Numbered from the stretch's first letter, positions 19,411-44,965 are shown. The stretch is 64,000 nt of DNA from the human T2T-CHM13v2.0 reference genome, Homo sapiens (GCF_009914755.1 NC_060943.1); one strand, 5' to 3'. Notes: a model not told the origin generated them from the sequence alone. Made by a program: numbers and translations.

Positions 19411-19996
19411 GCTGCTGAGTTTGTAATTTCATTGTTATTTTTGGCTCCTGTGAATTTCCCTTACTTTTTTTTTTTTTGAGAGCTCAGCAATTTTTTTCTC
19501 AACATTTCTAGTGTTTTTTTAAATAGGAAGAGTTTTGTTTGTTTGTTTCTTTGTTTTTTTTTTTTTTTTTTTGTGATCTAGTTTGCCAGATGAGCAGGAG
19601 TGGAGGTCTTCTCCAAGGCCCCTTTTAGTCTATTTCCACCATGTTGACAGAAATGGGTCTTTCCTCCCTCTTCCTTTATATCCTATGGTTGTCTATATTG
19701 GTGGAAGGGGAGGTCTCTTCGTATCCATTCTAGAACACTGCCTTCTTTACAAGATCTTACTGACTTCTCAACAAACCTGTGAGTCAGGGAAGATGATTCC
19801 TCTTCTACGAGAGGAAGACATTAAGGCTTTAGAGTAGCAAAGGCCCCAGGGAATGGGCTCTGTTGGGACAGCTTGTCTTTGGTTTCCAGTAGTTACTCCT
19901 CCCTGAAGGGGTCAAGGTTGCTTCCTCCATAACTGGGGCTTGGTGGGGAATGGGCCTGGTCCCCAGACTCAGGGCCCGGTGACCATCTGGTTCCAG

Positions 19997-20084
19997 ATAT
20001 AACGTCGAGGTCAAGCACATTAAAATCATGACAGCAGAAGGACTGTACCGGATCACAGAGAAAAAGGCTTTCCGGGGGCTTACG
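19997..20084 (+). CDS. VAV1: VAV1 exon 24 (SH2)
   Basis: ttccag|ATATAAC...TTACG|gtaagg; 88 nt, YNVEVKHIKIMTAEGLYRITEKKAFRGLT. Confidence 0.97.
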
Positions 20085-21766
20085 GTAAGGGTCAATGTCC
20101 GCTCAATCCCAGCTTTCCAGAACCTAGGAGGACCCTCCCTGCACCTCCGCCTTGGGACCCCCTTTTCCCACATTCAGGGTGACCCCCCTCCAGTGGCACT
20201 ACAGTGCAAGTGACCTTAAACTTATGCTCTTAATGATGAACAATGGGAATAATAATGAATAACAGCAGTTGAATATTGACAGAGCACTTAAGTGTAAGAT
20301 ATGTTCATTTTTAAATTTTATTTATACATATATTCAAGCATTATGTATATATGTATGTGTGTATATATGCATATATACATACATATGTATGTATGTGTAT
20401 TTAAATTTTACTTACGTATATATACATATGTATACATATGTATGTAGGGTACATGTATATACGTGTATCTGTTTATTTTTATATATATAGATAGATAGAG
20501 AGAGAGAGATTGAGAGAGAGAAAGAGAGTCTTGCTCTGTTGCCCAGGCTGGAGTGCAGTGGTGCAATCATAGTACACTGCAGCCTCAAATTCCTGGTTTA
20601 AATAATCTCTCGCCTCAGCCTCCCGAGCAGCTGGTACTATAGGCATGCACCATCATGCCTGGCTAATTTTAAAAAAAAATTTTTTTTTTGTAGAGATGGG
20701 GACTTGCTTTGTTGCTCAGGCTGGCCTTGAACTCCTGGGCTCAAATAATCCTTCTGTCTTGGCCTCCCAAAGTGTTGGGATTACAGGTGTGAGCTACTGC
20801 ATTCAGCCCTCAAATATGTTATAGATAGAAACCTAATTAATCCCCTCAACCTTCTTTCTGAGTTCCCATTTCACAGATGGGTAAAACTGAGGTTTACTCC
20901 TCGTCTAGCTTCACTGAATGGCAGAGCCCATAGCTTGTCTTTGCCTAATCTGCTGCATAATCATTTCAGCAACAACTCAAATGCCTTTTGAGGGTTCTTG
21001 CTTCTGTTTGGTGCCTTGTAATTTTCAACCATATTTTAGACACTTTAGGCCTAATGATCTAAGGCATATGGTTTTTACCCATGGTCTGTGGGCCCTTGAG
21101 AAGCTGAGTCCTCTGAAAGAAAATCAGAATGTTGCATGCATCTGTATTTTTTGTCTTAGATTTCACTTGATTCTCAAATGGATCCTTGACTCCCCCAAAG
21201 TTTAATTTATTCAACAAATCTTTTTTTTCCTCCATACTTTTTATTCTGAAACATATTCCCCCAATTTTTAACTTCTGAAAAATTTCAGACAAGTTATTGG
21301 AATAGGGTAGTGAGTATCTATGAACCTTTCATATAGGTTTACTTTAAAAAAAATACAAGAGACAGGGTCTTGCTCTGTGGCCCAGGCTAGAGTGCAATGT
21401 TGTGATCATAGCTCACTGTGGCTTCAAACCCCTGGGCTCAGGCGATCCTCCCTCCTCAGCCTCCTGAATAGCTGAGACTACAGGCATGCACTGTCATGCC
21501 TGGCTAATTGTTTAAATCTTTTTTAGAGATGGGATCTTGCTATGTTGCCCAGGCTGGTCTTGAACTCTTGGCTTCAAGTGAACTTCCCACCTTGACTTCC
21601 CAAGGTGCTGAGATTCCAGGCATGAGCCACTACATCTGGCCTGATGATGATTGCTAATTGTAAATTAAGGCATGTGGCCCCATAGAAGGTTTTGAATTTG
21701 GTGAGCTAATTATCTGGTAAATTTATCACGAAGTAAGTTAGTCCACTATTGAAAGAACCTGTTTTT

Positions 21767-22121
<355 letters not shown>

Positions 22122-22291
22122 TCAGGGAGGTGATGAACTCCCCATCATGGGGAGTATTCAAGGGGTCACTTTCCAAAGAGGCCAGAAACAGGGCCTGCTT
22201 CATGTGAGGAGTTGCATATGGCTGTTCCTAGCTCTGCCCCCTTATGGGCTGGCCCGCTGGGATAGCATCTGCCATGTGGTCCGCCTTCTAG

Positions 22292-22406
22292 GAGCTGGTG
22301 GAGTTTTACCAGCAGAACTCTCTAAAGGATTGCTTCAAGTCTCTGGACACCACCTTGCAGTTCCCCTTCAAGGAGCCTGAAAAGAGAACCATCAGCAGGC
22401 CAGCAG
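22292..22406 (+). CDS. VAV1: VAV1 exon 25 (end of SH2 and linker)
   Basis: ttctag|GAGCTG...GCAG|gtagga; 115 nt, [38 protein letters not shown]. Confidence 0.97.
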
Positions 22407-22710
22407 GTAGGAGGTCTCAGACTGGGGGCTTACAGCCTCAGCCCCTTCCCATTGTGGAGGGAAACTTTGGGGATGCCATTGACACCCCTTCCAATGGCCT
22501 TGCAGAGGTCATATCTGTGCAGTAGCAGGAACCCCTTTCCACTCCTGTCTATCCCTTCCTATATATATTTTAATATAATATAATTTAATTAATTAATTTA
22601 TTTATTTTTTGAGACAGAGTCTCACTCTGTTGCCTAAGCTGGAGTGCAGTGGTGCGATCTTAGCTCCCTGCAACCTTTGCCTCCCACCTCTTGGGTTCGA
22701 GGGATTCTCA

Positions 22711-22908
<198 letters not shown>

Positions 22909-22951
22909 TCAGCCGGGCATGGTGGCACAGGCCTGTAATCCCCGTGATTCA

Positions 22952-23050
<99 letters not shown>

Positions 23051-23273
23051 TTATCTCAAAAAAAAAAAAAAGTGTTATTTTCTAAATTCAGACGGGAGGA
23101 TGATGCTGGGAGTACAATTGTGTCCCCTTACAGTACAGGGCATCTAATACTCTGCAGAAAAGAGCACTGAGGAGCCCTTTATCCTGGAGTTACTGTCCTG
23201 AGAGCTTGTGCCCCCAGAGAGTGAGTGGGTATCTGCCCCAGACCCTTTTCTCACTTCTGTTCTCTCTCCACAG

Positions 23274-23425
23274 TGGGAAGCACAAAGTATTTTGGCACAG
23301 CCAAAGCCCGCTATGACTTCTGCGCCCGAGACCGATCAGAGCTGTCGCTCAAGGAGGGTGACATCATCAAGATCCTTAACAAGAAGGGACAGCAAGGCTG
23401 GTGGCGAGGGGAGATCTATGGCCGG
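23274..23425 (+). CDS. VAV1: VAV1 exon 26 (C-terminal SH3)
   Basis: ccacag|TGGGA...GGCCGG|gtgagg; 152 nt, (V)GSTKYFGTAKARYDFCARDRSELSLKEGDIIKILNKKGQQGWWRGEIYGR. Confidence 0.97.
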
Positions 23426-23750
23426 GTGAGGCAGGCAGGGCTGGGTGACGGGGAGGGCATGGGGGTTGAGCTGGTGGTGGACGAGACTGGAACTGGGGAC
23501 TGGAGAAGGTGAGGTGCGGCTCCCATGGAGATCTCTCACGGTGGGAGGGAAGGAAGGGACACAGGGATGTCATTTATGCATTTATGCAACCTACCTGCAT
23601 GTATTCAGCACCTGCTGTGTGCAGACATTGTGCTGGGTGTCGAGGAGACAGAAACAAGCACGGTACAAGGATTGCCCTCATGAAACTTATAATCGAATGT
23701 GGAGGACAGACCTATAACCAAGCAGTCATGACACTGAGTGGTCAAGACTA

Positions 23751-24035
<285 letters not shown>

Positions 24036-24702
24036 TTAAAAAAAAGAAGAAAGAATAAAAGAGATTGTGGTGGAGAATCACAGGGCAGCGTGGGAGCACT
24101 GAGGGAGCCCCTGACCCACCCTAGGAGTGGATCAGGATGACTTCTGAAAGGCCAAACTGATTAATAAGGGATAAATAAAGTCATGCAAATGAAAAGGTTG
24201 TATATGTGTTGGGGGAAAGCATTCCAGACAGAAGGACCAGTGTGTGCAAAGGCCCTGGGGTGAGAGGTGCCTAATCAGTACTGAATATACAAAGAGGTAG
24301 AGCTGGGACTAAACCACTGTGCTCACTTTGCCTGCTTGAATTCCGATTCCAAGGAGTGGAATAGACTTCAAATGTCTTCAAGTCCACTTGTTTCTGCCAA
24401 GTTCTCATTTTTGTTCCATGAAGGCAGAGCACCTTCTTTATTTCATCCACTGATGACTTCTCAGCCTCTAGAATTCTGCCTTATGATGGATTTCTCAGAA
24501 ATATGTTTGTGTAATGAAGACAAGGACAGTGGTTAGAGTTTACATTCTACTGGGGAAAATATACACAAAAAATGATGTGGATAATTGCATCGATGAGGAG
24601 TTTTGTTAAAACATTGGAGGGTCAGTTTAATGAGCAGTGGAGGACAATTAGGCTTTGAGAGAGGCTTTTGGAGCATTGAGGAAGGATTGGGATGTAAAGG
24701 AT

Positions 24703-25129
24703 TCATCCATCCATCCATCCATCCATCTATCCATCCATCCATCTATCCATCTATCTATCCACAAATCATCCATTCATCTGTGCATCCATCCATCTTAGCC
24801 TATGCATCCATCCATTTCAACCTACGCATCTATCCATTCATCCACCCACCCTTCCACTCACGCATCTATCTAACCATCTATCCACCTACCCACCCATTAA
24901 AACATTAATCTATCCATTAATCCACCATCCAGCCAACATCTATTCATCCATTTCTATCTGTGCATCCATCCATCTATCCATGCATGCACCCATCTGTTAA
25001 TCTATCTCTATATTTATCCATCCATACACCTACTCACCAGTCCATTAATTCATCCATCCATCCATCCGACCACCATCCACTCACCCTTCCAATCACCATT
25101 CACCAACCCAAGTATCCATCCACCCATTC

Positions 25130-25168
<39 letters not shown>

Positions 25169-25240
25169 CATTCATTATCTATCTACCTATCTATCCACCT
25201 ACCCATCAATCCAATAATCCATCCATTCATCTATCCATCC
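24703..25240. repeat. (TCCA)/(TCTA)n compound repeat in VAV1 intron 26
   Basis: Direct inspection. Confidence 0.95.
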
Positions 25241-25304
25241 AGCCAAAAAATATTCAGTAAGTATCTACTGTGTGCCAGGAACTGTTCTAGGCTCTTGGGA
25301 TTCA

Positions 25305-25496
<192 letters not shown>

Positions 25497-25499
25497 CTA

Positions 25500-25649
<150 letters not shown>

Positions 25650-25883
25650 TCACATTGCAGTTGCAGGGAGGGGAACAGACAAAAAGCTTGTAAATAAGCA
25701 AATGATACATAATGAATCAGACGGTGATATGTGCTATAGAAAAAGATAAAGCAAGACAAGGGGTCCAGGCACGGTGGCTCATGCCTGTAATCCCAGCACT
25801 CTGGGAGGCCGAGATGGGCAGATCACCGGAGGTCAGGAGTTTGAAACCAGCCCGGCCAACATGGTGAAACCCCGTCTCTACTA

Positions 25884-26141
<258 letters not shown>

Positions 26142-26376
26142 CTAGGAAGGTCTTGCTGATAAAGTGCCATTTAGGGAGGGACTTTTAGGAGGTAATGGGT
26201 GTGTGTGTGTGTGTGTGTGGTCAGCCTTGTGTACGTTGGGTGATGTGTTTTCTGGGATAGACAGAAGGAAGAGCAGGTGCAAAGGCCCTGAGGTGGGAGG
26301 GAGCCTGCCTGGTGTGTGGAGGGGCAGTAGGAGGATGTGCAGAGGTTGCACTGATGAACTCCTCGTCTGTTTCCAG

Positions 26377-26430
26377 GTTGGCTGGTTCCCTGCCAACTAC
26401 GTGGAGGAAGATTATTCTGAATACTGCTGA
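26377..26430 (+). CDS. VAV1: VAV1 exon 27 coding part with stop
   Basis: ttccag|GTTGGC...TGCTGA; VGWFPANYVEEDYSEYC*, the VAV1 C-terminus. Confidence 0.97.
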   Translation, partial: VGWFPANYVEEDYSEYC

Positions 26431-26690
26431 GCCCTGGTGCCTTGGCAGAGAGACGAGAAACTCCAGGCTCTGAGCCCGGCGTGGGCAGGCAGCGGAGCCA
26501 GGGGCTGTGACAGCTCCCGGCGGGTGGAGACTTTGGGATGGACTGGAGGAGGCCAGCGTCCAGCTGGCGGTGCTCCCGGGATGTGCCCTGACATGGTTAA
26601 TTTATAACACCCCGATTTCCTCTTGGGTCCCCTCAAGCAGACGGGGCTCAAGGGGGTTACATTTAATAAAAGGATGAAGATGGATAGAAG
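26431..26690 (+). other. VAV1: VAV1 3'UTR (end approximate)
   Basis: Lies between the TGA and AATAAA; ATTTA pentamers at 26600 and 26661; cleavage site inferred about 15-25 nt after the signal. Confidence 0.8.
26665..26670 (+). terminator. VAV1: VAV1 polyadenylation signal AATAAA
   Basis: First AATAAA after the stop codon, ~235 nt downstream, followed by a short GT-containing stretch (ggtgtcgtt). Confidence 0.85.
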
Positions 26691-26749
26691 GACTGGTGTC
26701 GTTCAGAAGGACCTGCTAGGAGAGAGATGGGGAGAGAGTGTGCCACACT

Positions 26750-26916
26750 GACAAAGCCCCCTCACCAATCCACAGACAAAGCCCCCTTACCAACCACAGA
26801 CAAAGCCCCCTCAACAATCCACAGACAAAGCCCCCTCAACAATCCACAGACAAAGCCCCCTCACCAATCACAGACAAAGCCCCTCACCAATCCACAGACA
26901 AAGCCCTCTCACCAAT
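26750..26916. repeat. 24-25 bp minisatellite, about 7 copies
   Basis: Unit gacaaagccccctcaccaatccaca in head-to-tail copies with minor variants. Confidence 0.95.
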
Positions 26917-26957
26917 TTCTGTCTCCTAACTTGATTGCTGTTCTCTGTCATCTATTA

Positions 26958-30650
<3,693 letters not shown>

Positions 30651-31611
30651 AGTTTTTATTTTTATATGAAATAGAGCATAGTGGTCAGGGCTCCAAGAGA
30701 TTCTAAGGTCCTCTGTGCCCCTGTGAAATTAGCTATAAAGTTTTGGGAAAGACTTCGCCTCTCTGAACCAGAGAAAGATAAAATCAGCTCGCCACAGGCA
30801 GAGAGTCGGTATGCACCTAAGCACAGAACCACGCTCTTAACCGTCACTCTAGTGCCGGGTGGGGATCTTGGTATATCCTAGCTCTCTCTGCAACCCCAGG
30901 TAAGCCAACGCCTAGATGGTACCTGCACACACCTGGCCAGGTGCAGGATATAGCCTCTGAAGCCTGGAGTGAAGTGTTTTTCATGTTTGAGGAACCATGA
31001 ATCTAGAAATGGGTGTTGGAGGAAGCAATGCAGTCACAAGGGATCAGGAACTAGGACGGGGGGTTTCTGCCCCTCCCGTGACTCCCCCAGAGTCACACCA
31101 TGAACCTACCTATGGCCTAAGGTGGCTACCTGGGCTGTCTAGTTCAGGGTGTTGGTGAGGTTGAGGTCATGGACTTGTTCTTGGAGTTCCTGGGTGGCCC
31201 TCACCTTCAGCCCCAGGCTGTGTGAATGACTCAGGCGCAGACCTGCCTGAAAAGCACGTATAATCCAGTAGGGGACTTAACAATCAACCAGGCAATTATA
31301 ACACAGAGTTGATGAATTTCATAAGGAACACAGGTGGCTGTGGGAGCAAATACAGATCTAACCCAGGCTTGAGTAGGGGAGGATGGTCAGGGAGGGCTTC
31401 CTGGAGGAGGAAACATCTAAGGTGGCAACTGTATAATCAGCTGGATGGAGTCACCTAGAAAATAAATGAGGGGACAGCCTAGCACGGTGGTCCATGTCTG
31501 TAATCCCGGCACTTGGGGAGGCCGAGGCGGCGGATCACTTGAGGTCAGGAGTTCGAGACCAGACTGGGCAACATGGTGAAACCCCCATCTCTACTAAAAA
31601 TACAAAAATTA

Positions 31612-32069
<458 letters not shown>

Positions 32070-32250
32070 TCACTCCTACCCCCAGCCCTAAGAATTTACA
32101 AACACTGATAAAGACAAATGAAATCAGCGGATATAGACTTCAAACGCCGTCAGACAGACACCCACTAGATCAAACAGGGACATTCCTAAACATCACACAG
32201 ACACATCGCCAGGCAGTCCCACCGCAGACAGCCACAAATTAAAGCCGCGC

Positions 32251-32267
32251 TTGCCCCCTGATGGACA
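32251..32267 (-). promoter_or_regulatory. CTCF-like motif
   Basis: Minus strand TGTCCATCAGGGGGCAA, close to the core consensus, same orientation as the 33071 site. Confidence 0.55.
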
Positions 32268-32448
32268 GCAGCAGTAGTGCGCCACCTCGATAGCGCAATC
32301 TCCCAGAGCGCTGGCATTGCAGGCGTGAGCCAACGTCCGCAGCCAAACACGTTCATATTGTTGAGAAGGCAGAGAAATACAAAGTAGGTGGAAGGGTCTC
32401 CACCTACAGCTGTTTTCTGTGGTCTGAGGATTCTTCCCACGTCTTTAA

Positions 32449-32669
<221 letters not shown>

Positions 32670-33070
32670 TAATTTTTGTATTTTTAGTAGAGATGGGGTT
32701 TCACCATGTTGGCCAGGCTGGTCTCGAACTCCTAACCTCAGGTGATTCGCCCGCGTCGGCTTCCCAAAGTGCTGGGATTACAGGCGTGAGCCACCGCGCC
32801 CGGCCCAGAGGAACTTTTTTTTTTTTTTTCCAGAGGAACATTTTTTATCCAAAGGAATGACTCCCTAATGGTGGAATTCCAGGCAATGAAGTGAGGCGCG
32901 AGGCAGATTGTCACATAGGGAGCTGTCATATTTCATGGGTACCATTCACGCAAGGCGGGACTTGTTCTTAGGCAGCCAACACTTCCGCATTGTCCTGGCA
33001 TTTGAGCCGCGGAACCAAGTTCCGCGTATCTTGCCCATTGTAACCCCACAGCACCAATTTGAAGCTATGT

Positions 33071-33087
33071 AGTGCCCTCTGGTGGCC
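33071..33087 (-). promoter_or_regulatory. CTCF motif
   Basis: Minus strand GGCCACCAGAGGGCACT fits the core CCASYAGRKGGCRS; lies in non-repetitive, relatively CpG-rich sequence. Confidence 0.7.
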
Positions 33088-33226
33088 TTCGGTGATTTGG
33101 CTTCAGTGTCTCAAACTCTCTGATTAGACTGTTTCCAAAGAGAAGGCTGTTAGGGGGCCTCAGAAGTCAGGTTTGGATGTTTGAGCTCTAAGCTGCAGGA
33201 TTTGGGGAGCCGTGGTGTGGGGGTGA

Positions 33227-33412
<186 letters not shown>

Positions 33413-34332
33413 TAGAGACGGGGTTTCACCATGTTGGCCAGGCTGGTCTCGAACTCCTGACCTCAGGTTATCCACCTGCCTTGGCTTTCCAAAGTGCTGG
33501 GATTACAGGTGTGAACCATGCCTGGCCGGAGTGGGGATGATTCAAACAGTGGATATTCGCATAGAATGTGCCCATTCCTATGGTGTAAATAGTCCCACCG
33601 CATCTGATTTCTTTTTTCTTCTTTTTTTTTTGTTTTTTGTTTTTTTGTTTTTGAGATAGAGTCTTGCTCTGTTGCCCAGGCTGGAATGCAGTGGCACAAT
33701 CTCAGCTCACTGCAACCTCCACCTCCTGGGTTCCAAGCAGTTCTCCCTGCCTCCGCTGCCTGAGTAGCTCGATTACAAGTGCCCACCACCAAGCCCAGCT
33801 AACTTTTGTATTTTTAGTAGAGATGGGGTTTGGCTGTTTGCCAGGCTGGTCTTGAACTCCCGACCTCAGATGATTTGCCCGCCTCGGCCTCTTACAGTGC
33901 TGGGATTACAGGTGTGGGCCACCGCACCTGGCCCACAGCTGATTTCAAGTCATCATAAGTATCCTCACTTTCCTTGCCTCCAGTCCACCCAGCAAAAGCA
34001 CAACTAACATCAGAGAGCTCAGGCACGGGGATAACCATAAGGTCCTATGTAATCTGCATCTCCCTTCCTGCCTTGGCCATGCTGGCCACAGGCAGCAGGA
34101 AGGGGCAGAGGAAGGAGCTGGGCGAGGATGTGGCCTCAGCTGGAGTTTACTTAGAGATTAGCTCCATGGAGAAAAATAAAGTGGAGTAACATGCTAGCAA
34201 GTTTTTATTTAAAACTTTAAAAATAAAAAAGTTTTTGAGGCCGGGCATGGTGGCTAATGCCTGTAATCCCAGCACTCCGGGAGGCCGAGGCAGGCGGATC
34301 ACAAGGGCAGGAGATCGAGACCATCCTGGCTA

Positions 34333-34645
<313 letters not shown>

Positions 34646-34679
34646 TTACGAGGTCAGGAGATCGAGACCATCCTGGCTA

Positions 34680-35020
<341 letters not shown>

Positions 35021-35449
35021 CGGGGTGTGGATTATTCAGGAGTGTTCTGGGAAGGGGTTGAGGATTTTCCAGAACTAAGGGTTCCTCGCCTTTCTAGACT
35101 CTCTAGGATAGCTTCCGGACATTGCCATGGCATCTGTAAACTGTCATGGCGCTTGCGGGAGTTTCTTTTAGCAGCTAATACATGATAATTAGTGTATAAT
35201 AAGAATGAACAATGAGGACAACCACAGGTCAGTTTTGTCGCCATCTTGGTTTTGGTGGGATTTGGGCTGGCTTCTCTACCGCAGCCTGTTTAATCAGTAG
35301 GGTCTTTATGACCTGTATCTTGTGTCGACCTCCTATCTCATCCTGTGACTAAGAATGCCTGATCTCCCGGGAATGCCCAGCAGGTCGCAGCCTCATGTTA
35401 CCCAGCTCCTGTTCAAGATGGAGTCACACTGGTTCAAACTCCTCTGACA
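35021..35449 (-). mobile_element. MER41B-like LTR (5' ~430 bp)
   Basis: Minus strand starts TGTCAGAGGAGTTTGAACCAGTGTGACTCCATCTTGAAC and contains CAAGATGGCGAC and GCGCCATGACAGTTTACA; retains the GAS region. Confidence 0.88.
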
Positions 35450-35630
35450 AGTTTGTAAAACTTATGAAACTGCGGGGGCTGCCCTAAGACTTCTGCACAC
35501 TGAGTCTTGAGCGATTCGTCAATTACCGTTCAGGTTTTTCTACCCCGGTACTGGTTCCTGAGGTGTTTTCTGCTCCAGTAAACCGACACTCTCTCTCTGA
35601 CTCTCCAATTCATAACAAAACATTTCATGA

Positions 35631-35786
<156 letters not shown>

Positions 35787-35892
35787 TGAGATTACAGGCA
35801 CGTGCCACTATGCCTGGCTAATTTTTTGTACTTTTAGTAGAGACGGGTTTCACCATGTTGGTCAGGCTGGTCTCGAACTCCTGACCTCATGA

Positions 35893-35982
<90 letters not shown>

Positions 35983-36152
35983 TGAGATAGGATCTTGCTC
36001 TGTTGCCTGGGCTAGAGTGTAGTGGCACGATCACAGTTCACTTCAGGCTCAACCTCACCAGGCTCAAGCGATCCTCCTCCGTCAGCCTCCTGAGTAGCTT
36101 GGATTACAGGCACCAGACACCACACCCAGGGCAGCTGTTTGCCCTGTGTCCT

Positions 36153-36968
<816 letters not shown>

Positions 36969-37109
36969 TCATCCCAAAACAAAAGCAAAAATAATAATAA
37001 TAATAAACCCCAACCCTCACCCAGTCTGTAGTACTTAGTTATGGCATTCCTAACAGACCAATACAGTGAAACTAGGTCTATCGCCAGAAAAGCCCATTCT
37101 GTGGGCTAA

Positions 37110-37343
<234 letters not shown>

Positions 37344-38010
37344 TGAACTCCTGACCTGTGATCCGCCCACCTCAGCCTCCCAAAGTGCTGGGATTACAGG
37401 CATGAGCCACCGTGCCCAGTCTATTGCCCGTTATTTAGGCTGTATCTTTGTGTAGCTCCTCCACTTCCCAGAACCCTCTATCTTCTCAGAGGCTTAGGCC
37501 TGGAGATCCATTTTCTTTCTCTAGATTCTTTGAGACCCACTTCCTTCAAATTCAGCTCCCCGTCTGCCTGGTCTCAGGGGCCCTATCTTTGGGGATGAAT
37601 AAGATGATTTATTATTTTTTTCTTCAGTCATTTTGCACTTTCACATATTCTTCTGGGTCATCTTCTCATAATGTCCAAAGACAGTCTAGACTATCAGTTC
37701 CTCTAGCTGGTTCTTCTGCCCCCTGTGAGATGCAAGGATAAGTAAAACCATTCGGGGAACTGGCTTGGAGCTCAGCCAGAAACCCTTGCAGAAATTGGCA
37801 GAGGGAGAATCTGTGCACAGCAACGCTTGCAGACGTTAGGTGTCCCTTGCAAAGGGAGTGGATAAACACACAGCTGCCCACTGTGTAAGTTCACCAGCCT
37901 GTGCCCCGAGCTCTAAACAGGACTGGGGAAAGGTTTCCAAGATGTATTTCTTATCAGCAGCCTGCAGTTAGGAAACAAAAATTGCAACAGTTTTTGTTGC
38001 TTTATTTTAG

Positions 38011-39259
<1,249 letters not shown>

Positions 39260-39616
39260 TTGAACTCCTGACCTCAGGTGATTCACCCGCCTCGGCCTCC
39301 GAAAGTGCTGGGATTACAGGCGTGAGCCACCGCACGCGGCTGGTCACATGTCTTCAACATTGTGCAATGAGATCAACTCTATATTAAAAGAAATTTAAGA
39401 GATCACATTTCATTGGAGATGTACAAAACCAATGTCATTAGGTCCCTTTATATGGCACACACAATAAAACAATTTGATTCCTCCATTTAGCAGGCAGCAT
39501 AAAATAATTTGGTTGCTTTGTAGAACATGCACTGACGAATAACGTGGTCCCCTCATGCAGAATGCACCATAAAATAATTGGACAGGATGGTGGGTGCTGT
39601 TTTATTTTGGGGCCTA

Positions 39617-40096
<480 letters not shown>

Positions 40097-40169
40097 CTAG
40101 GTAACCACTGATTTGCTTTCTCTACCCCTAACCATATATGGTTTGTGTTTTCTAGAATTTCAAATACAT

Positions 40170-42847
<2,678 letters not shown>

Positions 42848-43260
42848 AGATCCTTTTAGTTTATTCCCTCTTTGTGTCTGGCTTCTTTTCTGTCTTTTTT
42901 CAAAAATTTGCATGAATGTATGAGGTACAAGTCCAGTTTTGGTACATGGATTACTGCTTAGTGGTGAAGTCTGGGCTTTTAGTGTAGCCATCACCCGAGC
43001 CATGTACATTGAACCCACTAAGTAATTTCTCATCCCTCACTCCCCTTCCACCCTTCCAAGTCCCCAGTGTCTATTATTCTACACTCTACGTCCATGTGCA
43101 CGCATTATTTAGCTCCTATTTATAAGTGAGACTATGTGGATTTGACTTTCTGTTTCTGAGTTGTTTTATTTAAGATAACGGCCTTCAGTTCCATCCAGGT
43201 GTTACCAAAGACATGATCTCATTCTTTTTTATGGCTGAGTAGTATTCCACAGTTCATATA

Positions 43261-43717
43261 TGTGGGGGGTTCAGTCAGAGTGGTTGGAAAAACTATAAGG
43301 AAAGGACTCAAACCTTCTGAAAGTTTGGAAGGTTCTGCAGAGCCCCGGGGGAGGAATAGCTGAAGGCAGCTGTTCTATAACCCTGAGGCAGAGGGCAAGG
43401 AGTAGGTACAAGGGAGTGTGGGCGAATTTATCTTAAGCAGGCCTGTTTACTTACGTTGACCAGGAACTGACTTTTGATCATCTGCCTATGTGATGTTCCC
43501 TGAAAGGGGAGCAATAAATGTTAATTACCTACAGGTTGTGTGTACTCCATGTTTTTGGCATTGTGCCCACACTGAACAAATGCAAGCAGCTCCAGCTTCT
43601 CGGGGCTGCTCTCTGGCCGCTAGAGCCAGGCAGTCACCTGGCTGCTCTTACACTGCATACCTGTGTCTGACTACTCATTTCATCCCATCGGCCAGGGTCT
43701 GCGGGACAGACCCAGTA
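43261..43717 (+). mobile_element. LTR22-like (HML-5/ERVK) solo LTR inside an antisense L1MA (~42890-43850)
   Basis: tgtggggggttcagtcag...gggtctgcgggacagacccagta; probable 6-bp TSD catata/cacata; L1 resumes on both sides. Confidence 0.7.
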
Positions 43718-43809
43718 CACATACACCACATTTTCTTTATCCAGTTGTCTGTAGATAAGACACTTGGACTGATTTCATATCTTTGCTCTTGTGAATAGTG
43801 CTGTGATAA

Positions 43810-44220
<411 letters not shown>

Positions 44221-44698
44221 TAACCATTAGCAAGACTATATGCTGAGTCTTCTTAGAGAATCATTGAGCTTGGGGAGGGGGGTCTCCGGGACGCCTGATA
44301 AACCACCCCTACCTTTAAAGAAAGAGCCTTAGGAGCCATAGATAAACCATGAAGTCTTTGGAGGACAATGAAGTCTTTGCATCCACCTCCCTCTTAGAAA
44401 CCCTGATTCTTTTCTCCTGCAAAAGGGCAGCTGCTGTTCATTTCTCACCCCCTCAAGAATTGTGGTCTTCCTTCTGGGGAAGCGGGGTAGGGATGCAAAG
44501 TTCAGTAGATTCATCTATTTCTCTTCCCTTCTTTTTCCTCATTTGTTTCTTTATTTTCTAGGATACAACAGCCAATGAAATTCTTTCCCTGCCCTGAGAA
44601 AATGCTCAGTTTTTTGAGGGAAACAGACATTCAAGCAAGCATAGATAATACTGACTATGGTGATGGGGGGGGAGGATGGAGGAGGCGCCTCACTCTCA

Positions 44699-44965
<267 letters not shown>

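Noticed and set aside
20918-21205. 95-aa ATG-initiated intronic ORF in mostly unique sequence
   Set aside because: No recognisable domain or supporting splice structure, starts in MIR-like sequence, and the length is compatible with chance
26750-26916. 25-bp repeats as a CRISPR-like array
   Set aside because: Head-to-tail units with no unique spacers, in a human locus with no cas genes; a minisatellite
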